Positions 39,197 to 52,516 of a stretch of DNA of 64,000 nucleotides are shown piece after piece. Position numbers and translations under genes: made by a program. Below the pieces are notes generated by a model. That model was given only the letters and a program-made list of their open reading frames with translations. It made no database searches and had not been told where the DNA came from. Source of the DNA: an uncultured Chloroflexota bacterium (GTDB taxonomy: Bacteria > Chloroflexota > UBA11872); NCBI GenBank assembly GCA_958296175.1, contig OY282448.1, forward strand, positions 2,230,127-2,294,126, written 5' to 3'. The stretch's first letter is position 1, and every line of letters begins with the position of its first letter.

Positions 39197-39450
39197 GGCC
39201 TGTTCACACCATCGCAGCACATCGACGATCAGGACGAAGACCAGGAAGCCTCGTATAGCACGTCCAGCTTGTCGAAGCGGACGAAGAGCCGCCGATACCC
39301 CTTCCGACCGACGAATCAGGCGCTCGGTCTCATTCCGGCGTTTGTACACGCCGCGGTTGTAGGTCCATGGGGGGCACCCGATGCCGCAGGGGCGGCACGA
39401 CGGGCCGTGTCCCCCAAGGCGAGCGCCGCTGTGCGCCTCGCGGGTCGAGG
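39193..39450 (-). mobile_element. Degenerate IS5-family transposase 3' remnant
   Basis: Frameshifted minus-strand pieces ALALG..PVVPPLRHRVPPWTYNRGVYKRRNETERLIRR / KGYRRLFVRFDKLDVL / GFLVFVLIVDVLR; candidate terminal repeat GGCCTGTTCACAC next to CTAG. Confidence 0.8.
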
Positions 39451-39507
39451 CGGCGTCTAGGGGCGGTTGGTCTGGCTGCCCAACCGACTCGGCCATCAGG
39501 CCGCATG

Positions 39508-42500
39508 TCAGGGCCGCGGCAGCGACAGGTGGTAGGTCTGGCCGGGGGCTAGGGGTGCGGCGGGCGCGAAGGGGGGCAGTGTGCGCCAGGTCTCGTCTGG
39601 GTAGCGGCGGTCGCGCACCGCGTCGCCCAGCAGCGCTAGTTTCACCGGCTGCCCGCGGTCGCCCGGGTGGTACTCCAGCACTCCCGCCTGGAAGTATTGC
39701 CGCACGAACCCCGCCGCCGCCCCAGGCAGCCGCAGCTCCGCCTGCGGGTGCGCGTCGGTGCGCGCCTCGGTCTTCGGATAGCCGAAGAACTCCACCCCGC
39801 CCGCCATGTCGAAGAAGTCCCGGAAGCCCGTCCAGGTCCCGTCCACGGCGTAGTTCGACACGCGGTTCCCCCAGGGGCCGAGCAGCGCGCCGGGCTGCTC
39901 GGACACCAGACCGGGTTCGACGCCCAGGTCGGGCGCGCCGGCCAGGCCGCCGCCGAGCTCGTCCCACACCAGACGGCGTTCGATCACCCAGCCGTCCCCC
40001 TGCGGGCGGCAGTCGATCACGCCCCGCTGAAAGTACTGGCTCAGCACGCCGGGCCGTTCCACGAAGACTTCCGAGATGGCGTGCCCCCAGCAGGGCAGCC
40101 CGCCGGTGGCGTCGTAGTGCGCCAGAAACCCGCAGAGCGACGCGCGGCCGTCGGGGGTATCCACGCGCAGGTCGGGGATGTTGTGCGCCAGATGTGCGTC
40201 GGGAACGCTGTGGCGGACGCGCTCGACGACCGGCGTCCAGGCAGGCAGCAGCGCAGGCGTCGGAGCAGGCGTGGGCGTCGGGCTTGGCGTCGGGGTCGGG
40301 GTCGGTTCGACCGCCACGGCCGCGGCCGCGGCCGCGGCCAGCGTGGTCAGGTGCACGGCGGAGGGGTCGTCCGTCTGGTCGCTGTCGCCGTAGAACGTGA
40401 CCTGCAGCGGGCCGGGCAGATGCTCCGCCGTAACCGTCAGGCCGGTCGTGACGATGGCTTCCGCGCCCGGCGCCAGCGCGCCGCTGCCGACGTCCCGGCG
40501 GGCTACCCCCAACTCCGGCGAGCGCCAGAACACCCCCGTCAGCGGCACGTTGCCGCTGTTCCGCAGGGTGAACGTGTAGCCAATCCGCCCGCCCACCGCC
40601 ACCGGCCCGGCGTCGCCGCTCAGCGCCACCGCCAGGCGGGGATGTTTGGCCGACGTCGCCGTCGCTCGCGGCGACGCGGCGCCCTGCACGACTAGCACGG
40701 TCACCTCGATGCTGGCCTCGCCGCCGTTGTTGGCCGGCGTCACGCCGTCGGAGGCGCTGACCGTGACCTGGTAGCGGTTGTCTCCGTCGGCGTCGGCCGG
40801 CGCGCCGACGGACAGCACGGTCACGGGTTGCAGGTAGCCCGTGGCCGTGTCGCGGGTGAAGGCGGCGGCGTCGGGACCGCTCAAGGCGTAGGCGATCGTC
40901 TGCGTGCCGGCCAGCGGCTGGTTGTCCGGGTCGGTCGCGACGAAGGGGTCGCCCAGGTCTTCTCCGGCCGCGGCCGTGCCCATGACCGTGATCTCCGCCG
41001 CGGCGGGGGCGAACGCCGGCGGGCCGCACCAGGAAGCGGCGGGGAGGTGGCCGCTGCGCGCCGCGCCGGTCAGCCGCACGCGGCTGGTCAGGCTGGCGTC
41101 GAGCGGCGTGGTGACGGGGTTGCCCTGCAGCCAGACCTGCACGTCGACCGGCGTGTTGGGCAGGTTGTCCAGTTGCGTCGGCACGACACCGCTCAGGCGG
41201 TTGCACTGCAGGCTGAGTGGGTATGACGGGTGCAGCCTCGACAGATTGCCGAGCTCGGCGGGGATGCTGCCGCTCAATTGGTTGTGGTTGAGAAAAAGGG
41301 CGTAGAGCCTCGTCAGATTGCCGAGTTGTGACGGGATCGGTCCGCTCAACTGGTTGTGATGGAGATAGAGCCACTGGAGATTCGAAAGGTTGCCAAGTTG
41401 TGATGGGATCGATCCGCTCAAGTCATTGTCATAGAGATAGAGCCGCTGGAGATTCGAGAGATTGCCAAGTCGAGACGGGATCGGCCCACTCAAATTATTG
41501 TCGTAGAGATAGAGCCGCAGGAGATTCGAGAGATTGCCAAGTTGAGACGGGATCTGTCCGCTCAAATTATTGTTGTAGAGAAAGAGGATCTGGAGGCTCG
41601 ATAGGCTGCCCAGTTCGGCGGGGATGCTCCCGGTCAGTTGATTGTTATGGAGCTGTAAGTTCGTGAGACTCGACAGACTGTCCAGCTGCTTGGGAATAGA
41701 TCCGCTCAATGCATTGTCCTGCACAGCGATAGCTCTGAGGCTCGACAAGTTGCCCAACTCGGCGGGAATCGCCCCGCTCAGCTGGTTGCCCGAGAGCCCG
41801 AGCGACGTGAGGTTCGCCAGGCTGCCCAACTCTTTGGGGATGCCGCCGCTCAATTGGTTGCTGAAGAGCTGGAGGTTTCCGAGGTTCGACAGATCGCCCA
41901 GCTCTTTGGGGATCGTGCCGGTCAACTGGTTGCGCGCGAGGTGGAGGTGCCTGAGATTCGACAGGTTGCCCAACTCTTTGGGGATTGTGCCGTCGAACTG
42001 GTTGCGGTCGAGGTGGAGGTTCGTGAGCTTCGACAGATTGGCCAGCGCGACGGGAATCGTCCCGCTCAACTGGTTGTTGTCGAGCCAGAGCTGTGTGAGT
42101 TCGGACAGACCGCTCAGCGCGGGCGGCGCCGCGCCGGTCAGCGACTTGTTCCGGAGGAAGAGTCTCGTGACGCCTTTGGTGGAATCGACGGTGACGCCGG
42201 TCCAGCCGGTCATGGCCGTCCCCACCGCCCAGTTCAGCGTGGTGGCCGTGCCGCGCAGCGCGTCCTTGCTGTCCAGCAGCGTTTCGCAGTCACGGGCGAC
42301 GTTGGCGTGCGCGCCGCTGGCCGAGGCGGTGGGGTTCGAGGCCGCGCAGCCGTGCGTCACCGTCACCGCCATCGCCTGATCCACGCTGTCGCTGGCGTCG
42401 CTGGCGGTGACGGTGACCGTGGCGCTGCCCGTGCCCGCGGGCGTGAGCGTGACGGTCGAACCGCTGACGCCGATGGTGACTACGTCGGTGTCGCCGGAAG

Positions 42501-42696
42501 TGGCCGCGTAGGTCAGCGTGTCCATGTCGGCGTCGGTGAAGTAGGCGGCGACGTCCACGGTGGCGGCGCTGCCGCCGCCGACCAGCGCCTGGGCGGGGAT
42601 GGTTCCCACAGCCGTCGGCGCGGCGGCGAAGGCACGGCTCAGACCGAGAACTGCAAGGAGCGTAAGCAGCAGCAGCGCCGGTACCGCACGGCGCAT
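39508..42696 (-). CDS. Secreted surface protein: Ig/cadherin-like domains, about 14 plant-type LRRs, DUF11-like domain, Pro/Thr linker, Chloroflexi-type C-terminal anchor repeats
   Basis: Signal peptide; FTDADMDTLTY Ig-like unit; LxxLxLxxNxLSGxIPxxLGxL repeats; ATDPD..DADGDNRYQVTVSASDG; YTFTLRNSGNVPL; PTPTPTPSP; GGVEFFGYPKTE..QYFQAGVLEYHP..LLGD. Confidence 0.9.
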   Translation of the reverse strand: MRRAVPALLLLTLLAVLGLSRAFAAAPTAVGTIPAQALVGGGSAATVDVAAYFTDADMDTLTYAATSGDTDVVTIGVSGSTVTLTPAGTGSATVTVTASDASDSVDQAMAVTVTHGCAASNPTASASGAHANVARDCETLLDSKDALRGTATTLNWAVGTAMTGWTGVTVDSTKGVTRLFLRNKSLTGAAPPALSGLSELTQLWLDNNQLSGTIPVALANLSKLTNLHLDRNQFDGTIPKELGNLSNLRHLHLARNQLTGTIPKELGDLSNLGNLQLFSNQLSGGIPKELGSLANLTSLGLSGNQLSGAIPAELGNLSSLRAIAVQDNALSGSIPKQLDSLSSLTNLQLHNNQLTGSIPAELGSLSSLQILFLYNNNLSGQIPSQLGNLSNLLRLYLYDNNLSGPIPSRLGNLSNLQRLYLYDNDLSGSIPSQLGNLSNLQWLYLHHNQLSGPIPSQLGNLTRLYALFLNHNQLSGSIPAELGNLSRLHPSYPLSLQCNRLSGVVPTQLDNLPNTPVDVQVWLQGNPVTTPLDASLTSRVRLTGAARSGHLPAASWCGPPAFAPAAAEITVMGTAAAGEDLGDPFVATDPDNQPLAGTQTIAYALSGPDAAAFTRDTATGYLQPVTVLSVGAPADADGDNRYQVTVSASDGVTPANNGGEASIEVTVLVVQGAASPRATATSAKHPRLAVALSGDAGPVAVGGRIGYTFTLRNSGNVPLTGVFWRSPELGVARRDVGSGALAPGAEAIVTTGLTVTAEHLPGPLQVTFYGDSDQTDDPSAVHLTTLAAAAAAAVAVEPTPTPTPSPTPTPAPTPALLPAWTPVVERVRHSVPDAHLAHNIPDLRVDTPDGRASLCGFLAHYDATGGLPCWGHAISEVFVERPGVLSQYFQRGVIDCRPQGDGWVIERRLVWDELGGGLAGAPDLGVEPGLVSEQPGALLGPWGNRVSNYAVDGTWTGFRDFFDMAGGVEFFGYPKTEARTDAHPQAELRLPGAAAGFVRQYFQAGVLEYHPGDRGQPVKLALLGDAVRDRRYPDETWRTLPPFAPAAPLAPGQTYHLSLPRP
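41160..42170 (-). repeat. 72-nt period LRR coding array
   Basis: About 14 units of 24 aa; three near-identical units start at 41362, 41434 and 41506. Confidence 0.92.
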
Positions 42697-42953
42697 CAGA
42701 CGCGCTGCGTACTCGGATTACTTACGGAGGGAAGATTGCGCACGTCTTGAAGACACAAAACCTATACGGCGGGCAGCGGCGTCCCGCCCAGGAGCAGACG
42801 GCGCAGAGCGTACCTAGTTGAATGTGTGGCGGACAGTATCACGTCTCGCCCACGCGCGCACGGCGCACGTCGGTCGTACTACTCCTGCGTGAGTTCCAGC
42901 CCCAACCTGCCAGATGCAAGCACGTAGCGTGAATAGGCTCTATGGCGCCTGTG

Positions 42954-43751
42954 TTACGCCGCCAGCCAGCCGCCGTCCACGGGGAGGACGTGGCCGGTGA
43001 TGTAGGCCGCGGCGTCGGAGGCGAGGAAGACGGCGGTTCCGGCGATGTCGTCGGGGACGCCGCGGCGGCCCTGGGGGATGCGGCTCATGATCCAGGCGCG
43101 GGTTTCGGGGTCTTCGAACCGCGGTCGGGTGAGTTCGGTGTAGACGTACCCGGGCGCGATGGCGTTCACGGTGATGCCGGCCGCGGCAAACTCCACGGCC
43201 AGCGCCTTGGTCAGCTGCGCCACGCCGCCCTTGGTGGCCCCGTACACCGACACCGGGCTGAATCCCAGGAACGACGTGAGGGAGGCGGTGTTGATGACGC
43301 GGCCATAGCCCTGCCCGACCATGCGTCGGATGCCGTGCTGACAGGCGAAGTACAGGCTGCGCAGGTTCAGGTTCGCCACCCGGTCCCACTCGGCGGGCGT
43401 CACGTCCAGGAGCGGCGTTCTGATTGCAGCGCCGGCGTTGTTGCACAGGATGTCGAGCCGCCCGAACTCGGCGTCCACTTGCTCGAACACGCCGGCCAGC
43501 GCCTCCAGGTCGGCCAGGTCGGCCGGCAGCGCCAGCGCCCGGCGGCCGCACGCCTGAATGTCCGCGCACACCGCGTCCAGCTGGTCGGCGGAGCGGGCGG
43601 CCACGGCCACGTCGGCACCCGCGCCCGCCAGAGCCAGCGCCATAGCGCGGCCGATCCCGCGCCCGCCGCCGCTGACCAGGGCGGCCCGGCCGCTCAGGTC
43701 GAAGGGGGCGGCGCTCGGCGCGTCAGCCAATGGAGGCGCTCCTGGGAACAA
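42954..43751 (-). CDS. SDR family oxidoreductase (KduD / gluconate 5-dehydrogenase-like)
   Basis: SGGGRGIG, NNAG, YGATK, NAIAPG, YITGHVLPVDGGW. Confidence 0.93.
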   Translation of the reverse strand: MFPGAPPLADAPSAAPFDLSGRAALVSGGGRGIGRAMALALAGAGADVAVAARSADQLDAVCADIQACGRRALALPADLADLEALAGVFEQVDAEFGRLDILCNNAGAAIRTPLLDVTPAEWDRVANLNLRSLYFACQHGIRRMVGQGYGRVINTASLTSFLGFSPVSVYGATKGGVAQLTKALAVEFAAAGITVNAIAPGYVYTELTRPRFEDPETRAWIMSRIPQGRRGVPDDIAGTAVFLASDAAAYITGHVLPVDGGWLAA

Positions 43752-44034
43752 GACCGTCGCGCCATACTAGCCGCACCGCGCGCCGGGCGCGCGGCCCGCC
43801 CCGATCAAGGTCGACGATGCCCCTCTGGCGAGCGGTGCTGCACGCCTGATCGCTCGGCCCGGGCGGCGCGGGATGGGCGCGCGCGCGTCTCGGCCGGGGC
43901 TGGCGGCGGAGAATTCTCGATACCAGCACGGTGGGCGTCCTTCGCACGGCTCGGCCAGAGCGCCCGACGGATTCGCGGCTGGCGGACGGCTGTCGCACAA
44001 TGGCGCGCCGACCCAGCGCCGCCGAGCGTGCCCC

Positions 44035-44505
44035 ATGCCCATGCCATCCCCTGGAGACCCCGCGCCCGATTTCACCCTCACCGCAACCGACGGGTCGCAC
44101 GTCAGCCTCGAGGAACGCCGCGGCCGGCGGGTCGTGCTCTATTTCTACCCGCGCGACGACACCCCGGGGTGCACCATCGAGGCGTGCAGCTTTCGCGACC
44201 ACCTGCACGAGCTGACCTCGCGCGGGGTCGACGTCTTCGGGGTCAGCACCGACGACGCCGCATCGCACCGGAAGTTCACCGAGAAGTACTCGCTGAACTT
44301 CCCCCTCCTGGCCGACACCGAGCACCAGACCAGCGAGGCCTACGGCGTCTGGGGCGAGCGGACTCGGTTCGGGCGCACGTTCATGGGCACGCAGCGCGCC
44401 ACCTTCCTGATCGGCGCCGACGGCACGGTCGAGCGCGTATGGCCCGACGTGAACCCGAACGAGCACGTTGCCGAAATCCTGGCCGCGCTCGACGCAGACG
44501 CCTAG
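44035..44505 (+). CDS. bcp: Thioredoxin-dependent peroxiredoxin Bcp
   Basis: APDFTL, LYFYPRDDTPGCTIEACSFRD, GVSTD, FPLLAD, RATFLIG. Confidence 0.95.
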   Translation: MPMPSPGDPAPDFTLTATDGSHVSLEERRGRRVVLYFYPRDDTPGCTIEACSFRDHLHELTSRGVDVFGVSTDDAASHRKFTEKYSLNFPLLADTEHQTSEAYGVWGERTRFGRTFMGTQRATFLIGADGTVERVWPDVNPNEHVAEILAALDADA

Positions 44506-44608
44506 ACCCAGGGCCGCTGGCGGCCGCGCCGCACGTGCGGCGCGGCCGGTTCGCGCAGGTACCATCGGGGCGTACACTCGGACCACCGGCCCCCGCCGCC
44601 CCACGCCG

Positions 44609-44681
44609 GCCCACATAGCTCAGTCGGTAGAGCGCGTTCTTGGTAAGAACGAGGTCTCCGGTTCAAATCCGGATGTGGGCT
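44609..44681 (+). tRNA. tRNA-Thr (GGU)
   Basis: Acceptor GCCCACA/TGTGGGC-T; anticodon arm CGTTC-TTGGTAA-GAACG; GGTTCAAATCC. Confidence 0.96.
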
Positions 44682-44748
44682 CCCAAGGCCATCCCGCCCA
44701 GACCGAGCTGCGGCCTCGACGCCGCGCGGCTCTCGCCAATTGCCGCTG

Positions 44749-45840
44749 TCAGCCCGCCGGGTCGAGGTCGGAGAGGCGCGGCATGACTTGGGTGGCGAGC
44801 AGGTCGAGCGAGCGCTTCCAGCCGTCCTGGGGAATCCACTCGTGCGCCATGGCCAGCAGGACGCCGAAGCCGCCCACGCGGGCGTGCAGGTCGCGGATGC
44901 GGCGTTCGACCTCGTCGGGGTCGCCGACGATCCACACCTCGTCCATGAGGTAGTCGAGAGTCACGTCCTCGTCGGGCATGTCGGGCGAGGTTTTGAAGAG
45001 GTCGAACATTTTGGCCAGGGGCAGCAGGCGGAAGAAATAGTCGGTGAAGTCGCGCCCGATGCTGCCGTTGGCGGCTTCTTGGCGCGCCGCGGCCGTCGTG
45101 TCGGCGACGTACATGGTGCGGGCGATGCGCCAGCGGGAACGGTCGGGCGTCAACCCCTGCGTCGCCGCGCCTTCTTCCACGGCGGTCCAATGCGTTTCGA
45201 GCGTCACGGGAGGCACGATGTTGATCGACATTGGGATCCATCCGCGCTCGCCGGCAATGCGCAGCGTGGCCGACGACGGCGACACGCCCGCGACCCCGAT
45301 GGGCGGATGCGGCTTTTGGTAAGGCGTCAGGTGCACGCGCAACCCGATGGAATCTACCTCTTTGGGGATCCCGTACTCCCAGTATTTCGACGTATAGCGC
45401 CCGGCCGGCTGTCCGTTCCAAATGTCGAGCACCGCTTGAACGGTCTCGCGGGTCATCTCGCGGTTTTTGCCCGACGTGAGATCGAATCCAAAGGCCTCCA
45501 GATCGCCAGGGAACCCGCCGGCGCCGATGCCCCAGAGGAAGCGGCCCTGCGCCATGTGGTCGAGCTGGGCGATGCGGTGCGCAAGGCTGAACGGATGGTG
45601 GTTTGGCATGCAGGTAACGCCGGTGCCAAGCGCAATGTTCTTGGTGCGACCAAGCGCCTGGGCAATCAACAGGTCCGGCGCGGGAATGTTCTCCCACTCG
45701 GCGGTAAAGTGCTCGCCAATCCAATACTCGGTGAAGCCCAGACGGTCGGCGGCGACGATCTGCTCCAAGTCGGCGGCGATCGTGTCGGTGAAGCTGCTCC
45801 CCGGTGGATGCAGGGGCATCATGAACCCGCCCAGTTTCAC
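44749..45840 (-). CDS. Luciferase-like (LLM class) flavin-dependent monooxygenase
   Basis: FMMPLHPP, LGFTEYWIGEH, IALGTGV, LDHMAQGR..GIG, PYQKPHPPI. Confidence 0.93.
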   Translation of the reverse strand: MKLGGFMMPLHPPGSSFTDTIAADLEQIVAADRLGFTEYWIGEHFTAEWENIPAPDLLIAQALGRTKNIALGTGVTCMPNHHPFSLAHRIAQLDHMAQGRFLWGIGAGGFPGDLEAFGFDLTSGKNREMTRETVQAVLDIWNGQPAGRYTSKYWEYGIPKEVDSIGLRVHLTPYQKPHPPIGVAGVSPSSATLRIAGERGWIPMSINIVPPVTLETHWTAVEEGAATQGLTPDRSRWRIARTMYVADTTAAARQEAANGSIGRDFTDYFFRLLPLAKMFDLFKTSPDMPDEDVTLDYLMDEVWIVGDPDEVERRIRDLHARVGGFGVLLAMAHEWIPQDGWKRSLDLLATQVMPRLSDLDPAG

Positions 45841-46202
45841 GTGCGGTCTCCTCTATCGCCTATTGCCGCGCCGGCGCCTCCGACGGAAAGCGTAGGCGGC
45901 CCAGGCCGTGACGTCAACGACGGGCGGGCGGCCAGCGCTGCGGATTACCCGTCCGGGGCCGGTATCGATCGACCGCCGTTTCGCCGCGCGGCGGAGTCGA
46001 GCTGCGGATCATCCGCCCAGAGGCGGCACGTCGATCCCTGCGGTTGTACCTCTGAGGGATTGCGCCCCACACGGACCGCGCGCGCGGCCAAAGCGCCGTC
46101 GCCTTGCGAGATTCCTATCGCGCTGGTTCGGAGAAACGAACGTGCATCGAAGCGAAGCGCCGAACGTCGTTCGTTTTCTGTGAAGAACCCGCGCGGGGCG
46201 CG

Positions 46203-47240
46203 CTAGCTCGAATCGCTCACGGCGGCTGCGTCGACGCCGAGTTTGCCCGCGGTGTCCAGCAGCGCGCGGCGCGTGGCCTCGCTGACTTCGACGCCTGACT
46301 TGGCGCGCTCGGCCCGCGACCTGCGCTCGGGCTCGCCGGGAAGCATGACTTCTGCGAATCCGGGAGCCGGCGGGACGCTGGTAATGCGGTCGAACAGCGC
46401 ATCGACGGCGCCGCCAAACTCGGCGCGAGGACGAAAGATCGCGGGATCGATGCCAATGATCGTTGCGCCCAGCTTCCAGCGGCGGGTCGATTGCTCGGCG
46501 CCGGTCAATCCGCTCGACAGCGCGTCGATCAGGACGGACAGCGCCGAGCCCTTGTGCGCGCCAAACGGCAGCAGCATGCCGCCGTCGAAGAAGTCGCTGG
46601 GACTGGTGCTTGGCTGCCCCTGGTCGTCGAGGATTGCGCCTGCCGGCAGCGCGTCGCCGCGCGCTTTGGCCACGTGAATCTTGCCCACGGCCAGCATGGT
46701 GGTGGCAAAGTCCATGACGAGCGGGTCGCGCTGGCCGGCGGGCACGCCGGCGGAGATGGGGTTGGTGCTCAGCGCGGGCCGCGCGCCGCCGAAGGGCGCA
46801 CCCACCACGTCGGAGCCGCCGCCCACGGTCATGATCGCGATCACGTCCGCGGCCGCCGCGCGCTCGGACCATTCGCCCAGACGCCCCACGTGGTTGCAGT
46901 CGATCACGCTGACCAGCGCGATGCCTGCGGTTTTGGCCATGGCCGCCGCCTGGTCGACGGCTTCCGCGGCCGCAATCTGTCCGAACCCCCAGTTGCCGCT
47001 CAGGAGCATGGTGCTCGGCGTCTGGCGCAAGATCGTGGGCGTGGCGGTGGGGTCGACGTCGCCGGCTTCGATCAGGTCGACATAACTCGGCACGCGCAGC
47101 ACGCCGTGCGACGGGTGGCCCGAAAGGTCGGCCGACACCAGCGAGCGGACGACCTGCCCGGCAATGGCGGCGGGCGCACCGGCCGCCTCGAACACCGCCT
47201 GGCCAAACTGCTCCAGAGCGTCGCGCGTGAAGGTGGGCAT
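46203..47240 (-). CDS. Ldh_2 family (malate / L-lactate / sulfolactate-type) oxidoreductase
   Basis: GHPSHGVLR, GFGQ, NHVGRLG, STNPI, DFATT, LPFGAHKGSAL, MLPGEPE. Confidence 0.92.
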   Translation of the reverse strand: MPTFTRDALEQFGQAVFEAAGAPAAIAGQVVRSLVSADLSGHPSHGVLRVPSYVDLIEAGDVDPTATPTILRQTPSTMLLSGNWGFGQIAAAEAVDQAAAMAKTAGIALVSVIDCNHVGRLGEWSERAAAADVIAIMTVGGGSDVVGAPFGGARPALSTNPISAGVPAGQRDPLVMDFATTMLAVGKIHVAKARGDALPAGAILDDQGQPSTSPSDFFDGGMLLPFGAHKGSALSVLIDALSSGLTGAEQSTRRWKLGATIIGIDPAIFRPRAEFGGAVDALFDRITSVPPAPGFAEVMLPGEPERRSRAERAKSGVEVSEATRRALLDTAGKLGVDAAAVSDSS

Positions 47241-47396
47241 TCGCAGCCTCGGCTGGGCGGCGGTCAATCGAGCGCAGCGTACTCCCACCGCCGGGCAAAA
47301 ACCAAGAACGCGGCGGGCCGGCGCGCGGCGCTCGGGCCGGCGAAGCGGGCCGCACGCGGGCGAGGTCCCGCGGCGGCCGTGCGCGCCGGCAGGGGG

Positions 47397-50551
<3,155 letters not shown>

Positions 50552-50617
50552 GGCGGGCCGCCGCTCACGGCGCGCGGGAAACGGCGCACGACGTCAGCGC
50601 CGCACCCATCGCGGTGG

Positions 50618-51625
50618 TCACGGCCTGGAACGCGGCGGGCCTCGCGTCACAGGCGCCCAGCCGTCCAGATCGCGCGATGTTTCGATGGCCAAACCCGCGG
50701 CGTGGTGGTCGATCAGACAGGCGGCGTCGGTGGGACTGGGCGCAGCGCCGCTGACGGCGTCCAGGAAGGCGGACACGCTCTCGTGCATGCCGGGCCAGCC
50801 GGCGATTGGTTCGACAGGCGGAATCCGATGGGAGACCCAGTCCCCGCGCACTTCGGAGCGCACGCGCAGCTCGCCGTTCATCACGTCGACGCGCAAGTCG
50901 CCGCTGGCGCCGGCCACGCGCAGCTCGATCTCCGTGGAAGCAAACGCGCCCAGCCGCACCCCGAACGAGGCCGTCGCGCGTCCGTAGTCCAGCAACGTCA
51001 ATGCATGCAGCTGCTGCTGGCTGCCGCGGTCGGGTTCGGGTGCGGACAGCACGCGCCGCGGCCGCGCACCAATGACGCGGTTCAAAACGTCCACGTACCA
51101 GGGCGCCAACATGTGCGCGACGGCGAGCTGGTCGGCATCCGGAGGATGCCAGGCCCCGCTGAGGTCGATGGATGCGCGCAGCACGCGTCCGACCTCGCCC
51201 GACCGAACCAGTTCGACCGCGCGCACGACCACGGGCAGATAGCTCAGTTCCAGGTCGGCGTGCACCAGCGTCGTCGAGGCGGCCAGCAGCTCCAACATCG
51301 CCGGAACGCGCGAGCGCGAGGCGGCCACCGGCGGCTCGAACATGATGGGCATGCGGGCGTCCAGCGCGGCCCGCAGCACTTGTTCGTGCGCGGGTTCCGA
51401 CACCGCCGCCATCACGGCGTCCACGCCGCCGGCGCGCAAAAGCTCGGCCGCGCTGGCGTACACGGCCACCGAGGCGCCCAGCTCCTCGCCGATGCGCCGC
51501 CGGGTGGCCGCGCTTGGCGCCGCGGCCGCCACGATGCGCGCCCGCCCGTCGCGCCGCACCGCCGGCACGTACGCCTGCCGCGTCCAGCTTCCGAACCCAA
51601 TCAACCCCAGCCGCAGTTCAGCCAT
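50618..51625 (-). CDS. Gfo/Idh/MocA family oxidoreductase
   Basis: LGLIGFGSW, VDAVMAAV..H, FEPP (EKP variant), SGEVGRV. Confidence 0.8.
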   Translation of the reverse strand: MAELRLGLIGFGSWTRQAYVPAVRRDGRARIVAAAAPSAATRRRIGEELGASVAVYASAAELLRAGGVDAVMAAVSEPAHEQVLRAALDARMPIMFEPPVAASRSRVPAMLELLAASTTLVHADLELSYLPVVVRAVELVRSGEVGRVLRASIDLSGAWHPPDADQLAVAHMLAPWYVDVLNRVIGARPRRVLSAPEPDRGSQQQLHALTLLDYGRATASFGVRLGAFASTEIELRVAGASGDLRVDVMNGELRVRSEVRGDWVSHRIPPVEPIAGWPGMHESVSAFLDAVSGAAPSPTDAACLIDHHAAGLAIETSRDLDGWAPVTRGPPRSRP

Positions 51626-51682
51626 GGCGCCATGCTATCCAACCCGCCGCGCCACTCCGTGGGTTTTCTTTTCTCGCCTGCG

Positions 51683-52516
51683 TCAGCCGAAGGTCAGATT
51701 CTTGAGCTGCCTGGCCTGTTCTTCGATGGCGGTTTCGGTTGGCAGGCGTTCCACGCTGGAGGCGCCAAAGAAGCCGACGATGCCGCGGGTGCGGTCGAGC
51801 ACGTACTGCGCGTCCGCGGGTTCGGCGATGGGGCCGCCGTGGCAGAGCACCAACGCGTCGGGGTTGACCGCCGCGGCGGCGTCGTGCATGGCCTGCACCT
51901 GTTGGACGGCGTCGTCGAGCGTCATGGCGGTGTTGGCGCCGATGGCGCCTTTGGTGGTCAAGCCCACGTGCGGCACCAGCACGTCGGCGCCGGCCGCCGC
52001 CATGCGTTCGGCTTCGCGCGGCGTGAACACGTAGGGGCAGGTCAGCATGTCCATCTGGTGGGCGGCGGCGATCATGTCGATCTCGAGGTCGTAACTCATG
52101 CCCGTTTCTTCGAGGTTTTGGCGGAAGAGGCCGTCGATCAGCCCCACGGTGGGAAAGTTCTGGACGCCGTCGAACCCCATGTCTTTGAGCTGGCGCAAGA
52201 ACACGGGCATCAGGCGAAACGGGTCGGTGCCGTTGACGCCGGCCAGCACCATGGTGTCCTGCACGATGGGCAGCACCTCGCGCGCCATGTCGACCACGAT
52301 GCCGTTGGCGTCGCCGTAGGCCAGCACCCCCGACAAGCTGCCGCGGCCGGCCATGCGGTAGCGGCCGGAGTTGTAGATGATGATGAGATCGACGCCGCCG
52401 CGTTCGGCGAACTTGGCGGTCAGTCCAATGCCGGCGCCCGCGCCAACCACCGGCCGCCCGGCGGCAACCTGGCCGCGCAGTCGGGCCAGCGCGTCGCTGC
52501 GTGAAATGAACGGCAC
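51683..52516 (-). CDS. Phosphoenolpyruvate hydrolase-like TIM-barrel protein (homolog of the Tm-1 C-terminal domain)
   Basis: [63 protein letters not shown]. Confidence 0.93.
   Translation of the reverse strand: MPFISRSDALARLRGQVAAGRPVVGAGAGIGLTAKFAERGGVDLIIIYNSGRYRMAGRGSLSGVLAYGDANGIVVDMAREVLPIVQDTMVLAGVNGTDPFRLMPVFLRQLKDMGFDGVQNFPTVGLIDGLFRQNLEETGMSYDLEIDMIAAAHQMDMLTCPYVFTPREAERMAAAGADVLVPHVGLTTKGAIGANTAMTLDDAVQQVQAMHDAAAAVNPDALVLCHGGPIAEPADAQYVLDRTRGIVGFFGASSVERLPTETAIEEQARQLKNLTFG

Noticed and set aside
39193..39460. Complete MITE bounded by CTAG target duplications
   Set aside because: The sequence inside the second CTAG is not an inverted copy of the first end.
40255..40320. Short-period GC repeats in the LRR gene
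   Set aside because: Explained by the Pro/Thr linker.
37946..41374. 1142-aa minus-strand ORF
   Set aside because: A chimeric reading: an off-frame of the LRR gene, part of the IS remnant and the antisense of the epimerase.
31502..44681. tRNA-anchored genomic island or prophage
   Set aside because: I saw no duplicated tRNA 3' ends, integrase or phage genes.
46133..46178. GAAC/GTTC inverted repeats resembling a LexA box upstream of the LLM gene
   Set aside because: The spacer is 3 nt rather than 4 (CGAAC-GTC-GTTCG). More likely a hairpin after the Ldh_2 stop.
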